Counted from the stretch's first letter, positions 17,985 through 28,386 are shown. The stretch: DNA of 64,000 nt from a candidate division FCPU426 bacterium (GCA_030637655.1 DAOWGI010000027.1:32001-96000); one strand, 5' to 3'. The notes: generated from the sequence alone by a model not told the origin. Translations and numbers: made by a program.

Positions 17985-19094
17985 TTAATATTTATACAAC
18001 ACCATTTTTCGCAATTCTTTGGCTTGACCATCTAGTATCACACGATAGAAATAAATACCGCCTGCTAAAGAGTTGGTATTAAAAGCAATGCGATTCAATC
18101 CGTGCCGGCAATCCGCAGTAACCAGACCAACGCGTTCTCCGGCCGGATTATATATAACAATGCGCACCGGACAGTCTTGGTTAACGTATTTATCCTCACT
18201 TACTTTTATTAAGAAATAGGTTGGCCTGCCGATTTTTACCGGATTGGGATAGAAATAAGCCTCCTCGAATTCCTCCCAAGGCCGCTGCGTCCAGGTTGCG
18301 GTTACGCGCGGCGTATGGCTGGAGGTGGGAGATATTGTTGGTGTTAAGGTAACTGTTAGAGTAGCCGATATCGTTGGTGTAATAGTAACGGTTGCCGACG
18401 GAGTAAAAGTAGAAGTATTCGTATACGTAGCTGAATACGTAGCTGTCATAGTTTCAGTTGGGGTGTTGGTATTAGTGCCGGTCCAGGTAGGTGTCATAGT
18501 CACTGTGGGCGAATAATACGGTGTTTCTGTTTCGGTTGGCGTCATTGTTCTTGTCATAGTCGCGGTTTCTGTTTCAGAGGCAGTTGGAGTTGCTGTCTCG
18601 GTATTTGTCCAAGTCAGTGTGGCGCTCGCTGTTTCAGTAAACGTCTTGGTTGGTGTATCCGTCGGTGTGGGACTTGAAGTTATGGTTTCTGTCGCTGTCA
18701 GAGAAGGTGTCAGACTTATCGTTATTGTATTGCTGGGCGTGTTACTAGGTGTTAATGTTGGACTAATCGTTATGGTCTCGCTCGGTGTACTGGTTGGAAT
18801 AGAAGTAGGCGTTGGCGTAGGTGTGTTGGTTGGAATTACAAATAATTGCGCATGCAGAAATCCTGCAAAGTTAATATAATTTGTCGAATACACGCTATCT
18901 GCACCGGCCTGACTTATCGCAGTTATGATACCATAATTAGTAGACCACGCCAGCTCCCCGCCGCTGTCCTGCACATCATCCACACCAGTGTAATTAGTTG
19001 AGGAGAAATTGCTATGCGCCCGAAGGTTGTGTGTCATGCCAATCAACAAACAGCTCAAGCACAATATTATCTTTATTACACAAGTATCCTTCAT
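17985..19094 (-). CDS. Secreted Thr/Pro-rich protein with T9SS/FlgD-like C-terminal domain
   Basis: Signal peptide; ~180-aa TPT/TAT low-complexity stalk; C-terminal YFYPNP...IYNPAGERV...LAGGIYFYRV. Confidence 0.8.
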   Translation of the reverse strand: MKDTCVIKIILCLSCLLIGMTHNLRAHSNFSSTNYTGVDDVQDSGGELAWSTNYGIITAISQAGADSVYSTNYINFAGFLHAQLFVIPTNTPTPTPTSIPTSTPSETITISPTLTPSNTPSNTITISLTPSLTATETITSSPTPTDTPTKTFTETASATLTWTNTETATPTASETETATMTRTMTPTETETPYYSPTVTMTPTWTGTNTNTPTETMTATYSATYTNTSTFTPSATVTITPTISATLTVTLTPTISPTSSHTPRVTATWTQRPWEEFEEAYFYPNPVKIGRPTYFLIKVSEDKYVNQDCPVRIVIYNPAGERVGLVTADCRHGLNRIAFNTNSLAGGIYFYRVILDGQAKELRKMVLYKY

Positions 19095-19115
19095 GCCACC
19101 TTCCCCAATCTTGAA

Positions 19116-20384
19116 TTAAAACGCCGGATACAGTGCACCTGTACTGTCTTGATTGCAAATACCGCTTGGACCACCATAGCCCGGCACAATGGCAGCTCCG
19201 GTTATAGTATCCACATAATCAAAAGCCGGATTCCCGTTATAGGTCACGTTAAAGCTTACGCGCCCCATACCGGGCGGACCACCGCCTGCAACACCAATAC
19301 CGATCGATGACCCGGGTCCACCTGAACTTTGATATAACACAGAATTTTCCAAAATAAAAATGTGCGGCGCTTGAGTGCCGCCGTCGGTAATACCGGAACA
19401 ACCCATCGCGCTGGCTGTTCTCAGGTCAACAACGCAATTTTCAACTCTGCAATTTAAACTACCCCCCGCCAATATTCCAGTAACTTGTGCGCCTGCCGCC
19501 GCATAGAAGATTGTCGTGTCCACAATATCCGCCCCTGTTGAGCCGCTAATATCAATGGCAGGCGCATTGGAATCTGAAACATATTCTATCTTACATTCCC
19601 GCACATACGGATAACTTATTCCTGATGCTATTACTACCGGATTTCCTGAACTGGTTATCATTAACGATTCCAAGACTGATCCGTCTGCCAACGCGATCCG
19701 CCCGCTTCCCAAAGCCAACTCGGTTGCATTCCAACCTTGCCCGCGCACGGTCACCCAAGCTGGTACAAAAACTATTCCACCGCCACCAAATGTTCCGGGT
19801 TCACTATAACGGCCGGCTTTTACCTCAATTACCCATTGTGTGCTAATACTAGGCGCCGGGGCAAGTGCAGTGGTAAAAGCACCCTGCCCCAGGAGCATGT
19901 CAATGGCGCCACTGACCGTACATGTATCACCGCCATCGTGCGCCACAGTCAAAACCTGTTGGTATACCACTTTCCTGGCTGCCATGGCATAGGCGGCATT
20001 GGAAAGCAAATGTTGGGGTGCCATAGTCTCCCACGACGTTGTGGTAGGATGGTATACTTCAATTTCCAAATAATATGGTTCCCGAAAAGTCTCAGCAATC
20101 ATTACCGGCGAACTGACAGACTCGCCCAATACGACATTAAAAATACCATTAATTATGGCAACACTGTTGTGGGTTTCAACCCAATTTAAGGCTGTGCCGC
20201 CGGCATCATACAGCCGGAAGCGAAGATTCCTGGTTCCATTGATCGGAGTTTTCGTGGCGGAGTCGATCAAATATCCCTGATAATTCATTTTCTTGGAAAT
20301 TTGAATCGTAGCCGTAGCTGAGAGAGTAAAGGCCAACAGACATACCAGGGCAAGTATTAGTGTGTTCAGTTGTTTCTTAAACAT
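19116..20384 (-). CDS. Secreted protein: N-terminal 'YQGxL' surface-protein domain plus probable beta-helix
   Basis: Signal peptide; MNYQGYL...FRLYDA...WVETH...NGIFNVVLG...YYLEIEV...AYAMAA; then pectin-lyase-like features (IEVKAGRYSE, VTVRGQG). Confidence 0.65.
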   Translation of the reverse strand: MFKKQLNTLILALVCLLAFTLSATATIQISKKMNYQGYLIDSATKTPINGTRNLRFRLYDAGGTALNWVETHNSVAIINGIFNVVLGESVSSPVMIAETFREPYYLEIEVYHPTTTSWETMAPQHLLSNAAYAMAARKVVYQQVLTVAHDGGDTCTVSGAIDMLLGQGAFTTALAPAPSISTQWVIEVKAGRYSEPGTFGGGGIVFVPAWVTVRGQGWNATELALGSGRIALADGSVLESLMITSSGNPVVIASGISYPYVRECKIEYVSDSNAPAIDISGSTGADIVDTTIFYAAAGAQVTGILAGGSLNCRVENCVVDLRTASAMGCSGITDGGTQAPHIFILENSVLYQSSGGPGSSIGIGVAGGGPPGMGRVSFNVTYNGNPAFDYVDTITGAAIVPGYGGPSGICNQDSTGALYPAF

Positions 20385-20468
20385 TTACTTATCCTCCTCA
20401 GGAATAATAACAAATATGTAAATTATAAACCCATTGACAAAAGATGCAATCTTTTTTCCATTTCGTTT

Positions 20469-20488
20469 GTAATATATCAGTGAAGTGC
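20469..20488 (+). repeat. Orphan end of the ATGTCAGTGAA MITE family
   Basis: gtaatatatcagtgaagtgc matches the ends at 8193 and 38083; no partner end seen. Confidence 0.55.
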
Positions 20489-20552
20489 TGTGTTTTGTCA
20501 AATAACCCGGAAACATACGGTCTGCTAATTTATTTTTTAGGTTAAGTAGCGG

Positions 20553-22607
20553 TTATTGGTTTAATGATTTTTTTAGGTAGTTCAAGGTGCCGCCGGCCAG
20601 TATGATTTCTAATTGCCGGGCGGAAAGTTTGCAATCCATTTCCCATTCAGCGCCTGTGGTCTTGTTTTTCACCAATACCGGCTTACCGGTTATCAGACGA
20701 ATCTTCAGGCCCGGCAAACTCAATTCATGTCCTGGTTCAATCTTGCTGTAGTCTTTAGGATCAATAAAACACAGCGGTAATATTCCGAAATTAATTAAAT
20801 TGGCAAAATGAATACGAGCAAAGGATTTTGTCAACACAGCCCGAACTCCCAAATACCGGGGCGCGAGCGCTGCGTGTTCGCGAGACGATCCTTGGCCATA
20901 GTTTTCTCCCCCCACCACATAGCCGCCCTGCAGGGACTTAGCCCGAACGGAAAATCCGGCATCTATTCCGGAAAACACAAAGGCTGAGATGGCGGTAATA
21001 TTGGAACGTAAGGGCAGTATTTTGGCTCCTGCGGGCATGATATCATCAGTGGTTATGTTGTCTCCGAATTTGGCCAGCACTTGACCGTTGTCCTCATCCG
21101 GCAGTTCGTTAAAATGCGGCAAGGCTTGAATGTTGGGACCGCGCACGACATCAACCTGCTTACCCTTGGCCGAGGGTTTGAGCATTAGGCTGTCTGAGAT
21201 CTCCGCGCGTTTGGGAAAGGCAAACTTTTTTATACTCTTTATTTGCCTGGGGTCCGCGACTTCTCCCAACAAAGCAGCGGTAGCTGCGGTTTCCGGCGAA
21301 ACCAAGTAGATTTCTGCGTCAGCTGTTCCGGAACGTCCTTTGAAGTTCCGGTTAAAGGTCCGCAAACTCACTGCTTTAGTGCCGGGTGCCTGTCCCATAC
21401 CTATGCAGGCACCACACGCCGGTTCCAGCACGCGTGCGCCCGCGGCCAGCAAGGAAGCCAACGCTCCGTTCTTGGCCAGGGCAGTGAGTACTTGTTGTGA
21501 TCCGGGATTGATAACCAAGGAGACAGTTGGATGCACCTGCTTCCCTGCCAGCATTCCGGCTACAGTAATTAAATCCTGCAACGAAGAATTGGTGCATGAG
21601 CCAATCGCTACTTGCTGAGGTTTCAAGCCCTTGAGTTCCCGCACCGGTACTACAGCATCCGGCGAATGCGGTTTGGCAACTAAAGGTTCTACTTTGGAAA
21701 GATCAAGGGTAATTTCTCCACCAGTATACGCAGCGCCGGGATCTGCAGCCAGCGGTGTGTAATCTTTTATTCGGCCTTGGTAATGCAAAAATGCTTTGGT
21801 CACTTCATCCGACGGAAACACGCTGGTGGTTGCCCCGGTTTCCGCTCCCATATTGGTAATGGTTGCTCTTTCCGGAATGGTCAAGGTTTTTACGCCGGGC
21901 CCGGCATATTCCAATATTTTTCCCACGCCGCCTTTTACCGAAATCCGGCGCAGCACTTCCAGAATAACGTCCTTGGCAGAAACGTTTTTTTTCAACTTAC
22001 CAATAAGCTTGATTTTAATAATTTCAGGAAAAGTTAAATAAAAAGGCGCACCACCCATGGCTGCCGCCACATCCAATCCACCCGCACCAATCGCAATCAT
22101 GCCTAATCCTCCACCGGTGGGTGTATGCGAGTCTGAACCCAATAAGGTTGCCCCGGGTTTGCCAAATCGTTCCAAATGCAATTGGTGACAAATACCGTTG
22201 CCCGGACGCGAAAACAAGGCCCCGTATTTTTTTGCCATGCTCTGCAGGAAAGCATGGTCATCCGCGTTTTCAAAACCGGTCTGCAGCGTATTGTGATCCA
22301 CATAGGAAACCGACAATTGAGTGCACACGCGCGCACATCCCAGGGCCTCAAACTGGAGCCACGCCATGGTGCCCGTAGCATCTTGGGTTAGGGTCTGGTC
22401 TATCCGCATTGCCATGGGTTGTCCGGGCGTACAAACTCCTTCCCCACAATGCGCAGCCAATATTTTTTCCACAACCGTCTTAGGCTTGCTTTTTTCCACA
22501 ACTTGTTTGGCTATATTTTGCGGATGAATATCAACTTTCTTTTTTGCGTTTTCGGCGGTTTTGGTTCTGTTTTTCGTTGTAATTATTTTTTTTGTCTGGC
22601 GTTTCAT
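20553..22607 (-). CDS. Aconitate hydratase (short type) with Lys-rich N-terminal extension
   Basis: DQTLTQDATG, GICHQ, GSDSHT, IGSCTNSS, CGACIGMG, RTFNRNF, NYGQGSSREHA. Confidence 0.93.
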   Translation of the reverse strand: MKRQTKKIITTKNRTKTAENAKKKVDIHPQNIAKQVVEKSKPKTVVEKILAAHCGEGVCTPGQPMAMRIDQTLTQDATGTMAWLQFEALGCARVCTQLSVSYVDHNTLQTGFENADDHAFLQSMAKKYGALFSRPGNGICHQLHLERFGKPGATLLGSDSHTPTGGGLGMIAIGAGGLDVAAAMGGAPFYLTFPEIIKIKLIGKLKKNVSAKDVILEVLRRISVKGGVGKILEYAGPGVKTLTIPERATITNMGAETGATTSVFPSDEVTKAFLHYQGRIKDYTPLAADPGAAYTGGEITLDLSKVEPLVAKPHSPDAVVPVRELKGLKPQQVAIGSCTNSSLQDLITVAGMLAGKQVHPTVSLVINPGSQQVLTALAKNGALASLLAAGARVLEPACGACIGMGQAPGTKAVSLRTFNRNFKGRSGTADAEIYLVSPETAATAALLGEVADPRQIKSIKKFAFPKRAEISDSLMLKPSAKGKQVDVVRGPNIQALPHFNELPDEDNGQVLAKFGDNITTDDIMPAGAKILPLRSNITAISAFVFSGIDAGFSVRAKSLQGGYVVGGENYGQGSSREHAALAPRYLGVRAVLTKSFARIHFANLINFGILPLCFIDPKDYSKIEPGHELSLPGLKIRLITGKPVLVKNKTTGAEWEMDCKLSARQLEIILAGGTLNYLKKSLNQ

Positions 22608-22611
22608 CCGA

Positions 22612-23166
22612 CTATTCCTTTCGATAAGCCTGTGGGCCCTGTTCAAACAGATTCCCGCCTTTTAAGTCTATTGCCACTACCGCCGGAAAATTCTCTACTT
22701 TTAAACTATAGATTGCTTCCGGTCCCAGTTCCTCATAGGCAACAACCGCAGCGCCATGGACTTTTGCGCCGTAAAACGCTCCTGCGCCGCCGGCCGCAGA
22801 AAGATAGATCACTCCCCGGCGTTGGAAATCAGCTACTGTGGTTTTTGACAATGGTCCTTTGCCCATGACTGCCACAACTCCCGCATCCAGGATGGCCGGC
22901 AGAAACGGTTCCATACGCCGGCTGGTGGTGGGGCCGGCTGAACCTACCGGTTCTCCCGGTGCCGGAGGTGTGGGGCCGACAAAATATATAAGTTGTTCTT
23001 TCAAATCAATGGGCGGTTGTTTTCCTTCTGTGACCAGGGCATGAATTCGTTTCAAAGCCTCATCGCGCGCTGTATACAAAGAACCGGTAAGATTAACCCA
23101 TTCTCCGATTTTTATATCCTGTAATGCTTTTTTATCCAACGGCAGTTGCAACCATACTCCGCTCAT
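22612..23166 (-). CDS. Fe-S hydro-lyase (class I fumarase) beta subunit
   Basis: YTARD, GSAGPTTSRRM, MGKG, ELGPEAI. Confidence 0.9.
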   Translation of the reverse strand: MSGVWLQLPLDKKALQDIKIGEWVNLTGSLYTARDEALKRIHALVTEGKQPPIDLKEQLIYFVGPTPPAPGEPVGSAGPTTSRRMEPFLPAILDAGVVAVMGKGPLSKTTVADFQRRGVIYLSAAGGAGAFYGAKVHGAAVVAYEELGPEAIYSLKVENFPAVVAIDLKGGNLFEQGPQAYRKE

Positions 23167-24005
23167 AGTTTCACCTCCGCCAAACGATGACTGTGACATT
23201 CAAAGTTGACCGCCACCGGCATGGAAACTATATGACAAGGCGCTGTTTCAATGGCCACTGACAGCGCTGTCGTGGATCCGCCCCAGCCTTGCGGCCCTAC
23301 ACCTAAAGTATTAATTTTTTCCAGAATAATTTTTTCCAATTCCGCCGTTTCAACATCCGAGGATGCCTGACCAATTGGCCGCAGTAGAGCTTTCTTGGCC
23401 AACCAGGGGGCTGTATCAAAACTGCCGCCCACGCCAATGCCTAAGATTAAGGGCGGGCATGAGGCAGCGCCGTTTTCTCGGACGGCATTTACAACAAAAT
23501 CTTGAACTCCCGTGTCACCGGCCGAGGGAAGCAGCATAGCAGATACGCTGGCATTCTCGCTTCCTCCGCCTTTGGCCATTACGTAAATTTTACAACCCTT
23601 GCCCGGAACAATTTGATAGTGCACTACCGCGGGGGTATTATCGCCGGTGTTGACACGCTTAAACGGATGTACGGATATGGAATGACGCAAACGCCCTTCC
23701 TCTGTGGCCTGACGCACACCGGCTTGTAACGCTGCTTCCAGGTCACCGCCAATCACGTTTACTTCTTGACCCATTTCCACAAACAGAATGGTCATGCCGG
23801 TGTCCTGGCAAAGCGGATGTACTCCGGCTGCGGCCATTTTAGCATTTTCCAGCAACAACTTAATCGCCTGCCGGCCCAGCGGGGAAGCTTCGGTCTCGCC
23901 GGCTTGTTGCAACGCCGCTTTTAAGTCCGGTCGAATGTGATAATGAATGTTTTTTATGGCATTGACTATTGCAGTCTGGATTTCTCGAACATGGATCTTC
24001 CGCAT
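23163..24005 (-). CDS. Fe-S hydro-lyase (class I fumarase) alpha subunit
   Basis: PLCQDTG, NTGDNTP, KGGGSEN, CPP, GPQGWGG, PCHI, CHSHR. Confidence 0.9.
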   Translation of the reverse strand: MRKIHVREIQTAIVNAIKNIHYHIRPDLKAALQQAGETEASPLGRQAIKLLLENAKMAAAGVHPLCQDTGMTILFVEMGQEVNVIGGDLEAALQAGVRQATEEGRLRHSISVHPFKRVNTGDNTPAVVHYQIVPGKGCKIYVMAKGGGSENASVSAMLLPSAGDTGVQDFVVNAVRENGAASCPPLILGIGVGGSFDTAPWLAKKALLRPIGQASSDVETAELEKIILEKINTLGVGPQGWGGSTTALSVAIETAPCHIVSMPVAVNFECHSHRLAEVKL

Positions 24006-24057
24006 CTTTTCTCCCTCCCGGTATTTACCCATCCCGGCATCGCGGCCGACGGCTTGC

Positions 24058-24996
24058 CTAATTTAACCATTCGTCCACTTGACGACATAATGGTTGTGTC
24101 ACTCCGGCAGACTTGGTTAATGCTTCTTTGTCTTGTGCTTCGAGTTGAATTTCCACCACCCGTTCAACACCTTGGCAACCTATGATAACCGGCACACCCA
24201 ACACAATGTCTGCAAAGCCATATTCGCCCTGCAGTAAGGTGGCGCAAGGCAACAGCGCTTTCTCGTCATTCAATACTGCCGCGACCATCCGCACGGCAGC
24301 TGCGGCCGGCGCATAATAAGCGCTTCCGGTCTTTAGTAACTTGACAATCTCGCCGCCACCGGTACGGGTACGTTGGGCTATTTTCTCTAATTGTTCCAGA
24401 GACATTAATTCAGTTATCGGAGCGCCGGCCACACGGGTTAAACTGACACACGGTACCATCTCATCGCCATGTCCGCCCAAAACCATGGCCTCAATCACGT
24501 GTTGGGACACCTGGAGTGCTTCTGACAAAAAATACCGATAGCGCGCGGAATCCAATATTCCGGCCATACCAAAGACGCGCTCTTTGGGACAGTTCGCGGT
24601 TTTTAAAGCCGTATACGTCATGACATCCAAGGGATTGGTAACTACGATAATGATGGCCTGGGGCGAGGCCGAGGCAGCGTGACCAACCACAGCCTGGATA
24701 ATGGCAAAATTTGTTTTAAACAAATCATCCCTGCTCATCCCCGGTTTACGAGGTGACCCGGAGGTCACCACAATAATATCTGAATCTATGGTCTCTTCAT
24801 AGTTTTGAGTGCCCACAACTCTGCCTTGGTATCCCAGGATGGGGCCGGACTGATTCATATCCAGCGCCTTGCCTTGGGCCAGTCCTTCGGCAATATCGAC
24901 TAGTACCACGTTACCTAAATTTTGTGCCAATACCTGCCGGGCAACCTCTGCCCCGACGTTTCCCGCGCCAATTATCGTGATTTTTTTGCGTGCCAT
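24058..24996 (-). CDS. mdh: Malate dehydrogenase (LDH-like)
   Basis: GAGNVG, PRKPGMSRDDL (Arg specificity residue), TNPLD, LGGHGD; start ATG 24996 with AAGGAGG RBS. Confidence 0.93.
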   Translation of the reverse strand: MARKKITIIGAGNVGAEVARQVLAQNLGNVVLVDIAEGLAQGKALDMNQSGPILGYQGRVVGTQNYEETIDSDIIVVTSGSPRKPGMSRDDLFKTNFAIIQAVVGHAASASPQAIIIVVTNPLDVMTYTALKTANCPKERVFGMAGILDSARYRYFLSEALQVSQHVIEAMVLGGHGDEMVPCVSLTRVAGAPITELMSLEQLEKIAQRTRTGGGEIVKLLKTGSAYYAPAAAAVRMVAAVLNDEKALLPCATLLQGEYGFADIVLGVPVIIGCQGVERVVEIQLEAQDKEALTKSAGVTQPLCRQVDEWLN

Positions 24997-25057
24997 GGTA
25001 TCCTCCTTGGCCGGCGATACTTCTGTTTTGGTAATAACTGCATGGTCACTCCACGGT

Positions 25058-25315
25058 CTAATGATGGTGGGAATGAACATTTGAAGAGTGCTCTGTTTGC
25101 TGCTGTGTGAGTTCAGCTTGGATTTCCGCTACAATCAACTCTAGATTTTCCAAGCGCATTTCCATATTAAACAGTGTCTCTTGAACATCCTGCTGCAAAT
25201 TATTCAAGTTCTCTTCCAACCCCTTAAACCGGGCTTGGATTGCTTTGAGAAGATATTCCGTGGTCTTGCTTTTTTTGTTCATCCCTTGTTTTGGTTTGGC
25301 TGTTTTCTTTTTCAT
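25058..25315 (-). CDS. Small hypothetical coiled-coil protein
   Basis: AAAGGAAG RBS; Lys-rich N-terminus, heptad Leu pattern, HSHHH end; co-oriented within the operon. Confidence 0.6.
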   Translation of the reverse strand: MKKKTAKPKQGMNKKSKTTEYLLKAIQARFKGLEENLNNLQQDVQETLFNMEMRLENLELIVAEIQAELTQQQTEHSSNVHSHHH

Positions 25316-25450
25316 GGCAAGAACTTCCTTTGTTGAACTTTATATGAGGTGAAAGCGCGTTTTCTCTTTCGTTTAAATAGGCCTGAGTATCGTTTGAATT
25401 ATATCCCGGCAACAGAATCAGCCTGTGGCCGGGACGCTGATCTTTTTTCG

Positions 25451-26695
25451 CTAAGCTAAATTCTCAATAATCTTCTGAGCAAAAACACTGCATTTTACTT
25501 CGCAAGCCCCGTCCAATTGACGGGCCAAATCGTAGGTTACAACTTTACTCAAAATGGTTTTTTCCAAAGCCGCTTTAATCGCTTGGGCCGCTTCGGTCCA
25601 ACCCAAGTGCTCCAGCAGCATAACGCCTGAGAGTATTAATGATCCTGGATTCACTTTGTCCTGACCAGCATACTTTGGCGCTGTCCCATGCGTGGCTTCA
25701 AACAAGGCTACTCCATCTGCCAGGTTGGCGCCTGGGGCCATACCCAGACCACCTACTTGGGCGGCACAGGCATCTGAGAGATAATCCCCGTTGAGGTTTG
25801 GAGTGGCAATCACCGAGTATTCATCCGGACGTAATAACACTTGTTGAAACATGGCGTCGGCAATCCGGTCTTTAATCAGGATTTTTCCTTCCGGCATTTT
25901 GCCGGCATACTTTTCCCATAAATCCTTCTCACTAATAGTCTCTTCCGCAAATTCCAGAGCAGCCACCTCATAACCCCAGTCACGAAAAGCACCTTCGGTA
26001 AATTTCATGATGTTGCCTTTGTGCACCAAGGTCACATCAGGGCATTGGTGTTCAATCGCATAACGAATGGCAGCGCGCACGATACGATGTGTGTTTTTCC
26101 GGGTCATCGGTTTGATGCCGATTCCTGCTTCTTCGCTCACCGGTTTACCCAATTCATGCGTGATAAAACCCGCCAGTTTTTTTGCTTCTTCGCTGCCGGA
26201 CGGCCATTCAATCCCGGCATAGACATCCTCCGTATTTTCGCGAAAAATCACTACCTTCAGTTTCTCCGGATGTTTGACCGGAGCAGGCGTGCCTCCATAA
26301 TATCGCACCGGACGAACGCAAGCATACAAATCCAATAATTGGCGCAAACTTACATTTAAGGAACGAAAAGCTCCTCCCACCGGCGTGGTCAACGGCCCCT
26401 TGATAGCTACGCGGTATTTCCGGATGGCCTCCAGGGTTTCGTCCGGCAAGGCCGAAACTCCGGCGTTTACTGCTTTTTCACCGCATAAAATTTCCATCCA
26501 TTTGATTTTTTTTCGGCCGTTATAGCTTTTAGCCGTTGCCGCGTCCAGCACTTGTTGGGTGGCTGCCCAAATATCCGGACCAATGCCATCTCCCTCAATA
26601 AAGGGAATAATCGGTTTGTCCGGAACCTGCAGCGAATTTTCTTTCCAGCCAATTATCTGACCGCCTGGTGGCTCCTCATAATTTAACTTCCGCAT
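25451..26695 (-). CDS. icd: Isocitrate dehydrogenase (type I)
   Basis: [52 protein letters not shown]. Confidence 0.97.
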   Translation of the reverse strand: MRKLNYEEPPGGQIIGWKENSLQVPDKPIIPFIEGDGIGPDIWAATQQVLDAATAKSYNGRKKIKWMEILCGEKAVNAGVSALPDETLEAIRKYRVAIKGPLTTPVGGAFRSLNVSLRQLLDLYACVRPVRYYGGTPAPVKHPEKLKVVIFRENTEDVYAGIEWPSGSEEAKKLAGFITHELGKPVSEEAGIGIKPMTRKNTHRIVRAAIRYAIEHQCPDVTLVHKGNIMKFTEGAFRDWGYEVAALEFAEETISEKDLWEKYAGKMPEGKILIKDRIADAMFQQVLLRPDEYSVIATPNLNGDYLSDACAAQVGGLGMAPGANLADGVALFEATHGTAPKYAGQDKVNPGSLILSGVMLLEHLGWTEAAQAIKAALEKTILSKVVTYDLARQLDGACEVKCSVFAQKIIENLA

Positions 26696-26698
26696 ACC

Positions 26699-28090
26699 TT
26701 AACCTCTTTCATGATGCGCGACGCCGACCCATTCGGAAAAGTGAATGCGTGCCTGCTCCCACATTTCTTCATCCGAAATACCTGTGACACGGCCGTCTTC
26801 ATACTCTTTATCCACCCATTCTTTGATGGCAGTAACGCCGGGATCTTTTTTCTCAATCTTGAATTTTTCCGGAATTTTCAAACGGGCATTGATCCAATAG
26901 GCAATACCAGCCGCCCCGGATTTGTCCATGATCCCAATATCCACCGGACGATTCAGCACTTTTTCCGTATCAAAAATATTGTATATTTCATGATCTTTCA
27001 TCAAACCATCAGCATGGATGCCTGCTTTGGTTACATTAAAATTGGCTCCCACCAACGGCTGATTGGCCGGCACTTTGTAATTCATCTCTTTTTCAAAGTA
27101 TTCAGCCACTTCGGTGATCACCGAAGTATCCATCTCCGCCATATCGCCGCGCAGTCCGATGTATTCGATCAGCAAGGCTTCGATCGCTGTGTTGCCGGTT
27201 CGTTCGCCAATGCCCAACAAGGTTCCATTGACTGCTGAACACCCGTACATCCACGCGGCTACTGAATTGGTTAAAGCACGATAAAAATCATTATGACCAT
27301 GCCATTCCAAAAGTTCGGAAGGTACTCCGGCGTATTTAACTAAACCATGAATAATTCCATTCACATTTCTGGGAAGCATGACGCCCGGCACACTCACACC
27401 ATAGCCTAAGGTATCACAGGCCCTAATTTTAACCGGGATACCGGATTCGCGGGATAAACGCATCAACTCCTGGGCAAAAGGAACTACAAATCCATAAAAA
27501 TCAGCCCGGGTGATGTCTTCAAAATGACAGCGTGGAATAACTCCTATTTCCAAAGCGCTGCGCACAATCTCCAAATAGCCATCCAAGGCCTGTCGCCTGG
27601 TTTTTTTCAGTTTGTTGAAAATATGATAATCAGAAGCAGAGGTAAGAATTCCGGTCTCTTTCAGCCCGAGCTCTTTTACCAGCTTTAGATCCTCTTTTTT
27701 GGCACGAATCCAACCGGTCACTTCCGGGAATTCATGGCCGCGCTCCATACATTTATTCACAGCTTCTTTATCTTTGTCCGTATACAAGAAAAACTCGCTC
27801 TGACGAATAATGCCATTGGGACCGGACATTTTGTGCATCAAATCGAATAATTTGACGATCTGATCCACAGTAAAAGGAGGCATGGCTTGCTGGCCATCCC
27901 GAAAAGTGGTATCTGTGATCCAGATGTCTTCAGCCGGCGTCAAGGGTGATACCCGGTGATTGAAGCACATCAAAGGCGGCATTTCATACGAATAGATATC
28001 CCTAAACAGGTTTGGCTCCTGAACTTCCTGGAGATCATAGCAATATTCTTCCCGCATCAAGGTTCGGCGGTGTTTATCAAATTTTATCAT
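26699..28090 (-). CDS. Probable Re-citrate synthase (DRE-TIM / isopropylmalate synthase family)
   Basis: EPNLFRDIY, ITDTTFRDGQQ, EWHGHNDF, GERTGN, AGIHADG; no LeuA regulatory domain; heads an icd/aconitase operon. Confidence 0.8.
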   Translation of the reverse strand: MIKFDKHRRTLMREEYCYDLQEVQEPNLFRDIYSYEMPPLMCFNHRVSPLTPAEDIWITDTTFRDGQQAMPPFTVDQIVKLFDLMHKMSGPNGIIRQSEFFLYTDKDKEAVNKCMERGHEFPEVTGWIRAKKEDLKLVKELGLKETGILTSASDYHIFNKLKKTRRQALDGYLEIVRSALEIGVIPRCHFEDITRADFYGFVVPFAQELMRLSRESGIPVKIRACDTLGYGVSVPGVMLPRNVNGIIHGLVKYAGVPSELLEWHGHNDFYRALTNSVAAWMYGCSAVNGTLLGIGERTGNTAIEALLIEYIGLRGDMAEMDTSVITEVAEYFEKEMNYKVPANQPLVGANFNVTKAGIHADGLMKDHEIYNIFDTEKVLNRPVDIGIMDKSGAAGIAYWINARLKIPEKFKIEKKDPGVTAIKEWVDKEYEDGRVTGISDEEMWEQARIHFSEWVGVAHHERG

Positions 28091-28142
28091 ACTCTCCCCT
28101 CCCTAATTAAATAAATAACCCCCAGTTCCCCGGGGGAGTAAC

Positions 28143-28171
28143 AATATACGAGAGGCCATGATGATTGTCAA
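28143..28171 (-). promoter_or_regulatory. sigma70-type promoter of the TCA-branch operon
   Basis: TTGACA-N17-TATATT. Confidence 0.7.
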
Positions 28172-28190
28172 CCTAGGAAAGATGCTTTTT

Positions 28191-28332
28191 GCAACATGTC
28201 AGTGAACTAATGGAAAGAATATTAGATTCGCCCCTACGGCATCCGGGGCATTCACGGGCGATTTCGCGATTCGTCATCGCCCACTTTCATAGGGGCGATC
28301 CTTGTGATCGCCCTCACATCACAGATGATTAC
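28191..28332. mobile_element. Degenerate ATGTCAGTGAA-family MITE with REP-like hairpins
   Basis: Left end gcaacatgtcagtgaactaatggaa; internal agggGCGATC...GATCGCcct hairpin; right end only weakly recognisable. Confidence 0.55.
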
Positions 28333-28386
28333 ATGCTTTGCCCCTTCGATATCGTTTGTGATTTTTCTTTCATTCCTTTTTTGACA

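Noticed and set aside
26699-28090. Annotation as leuA or homocitrate synthase
   Set aside because: No LeuA regulatory domain and no leu/lys/nif context; icd-aconitase linkage favours Re-citrate synthase.
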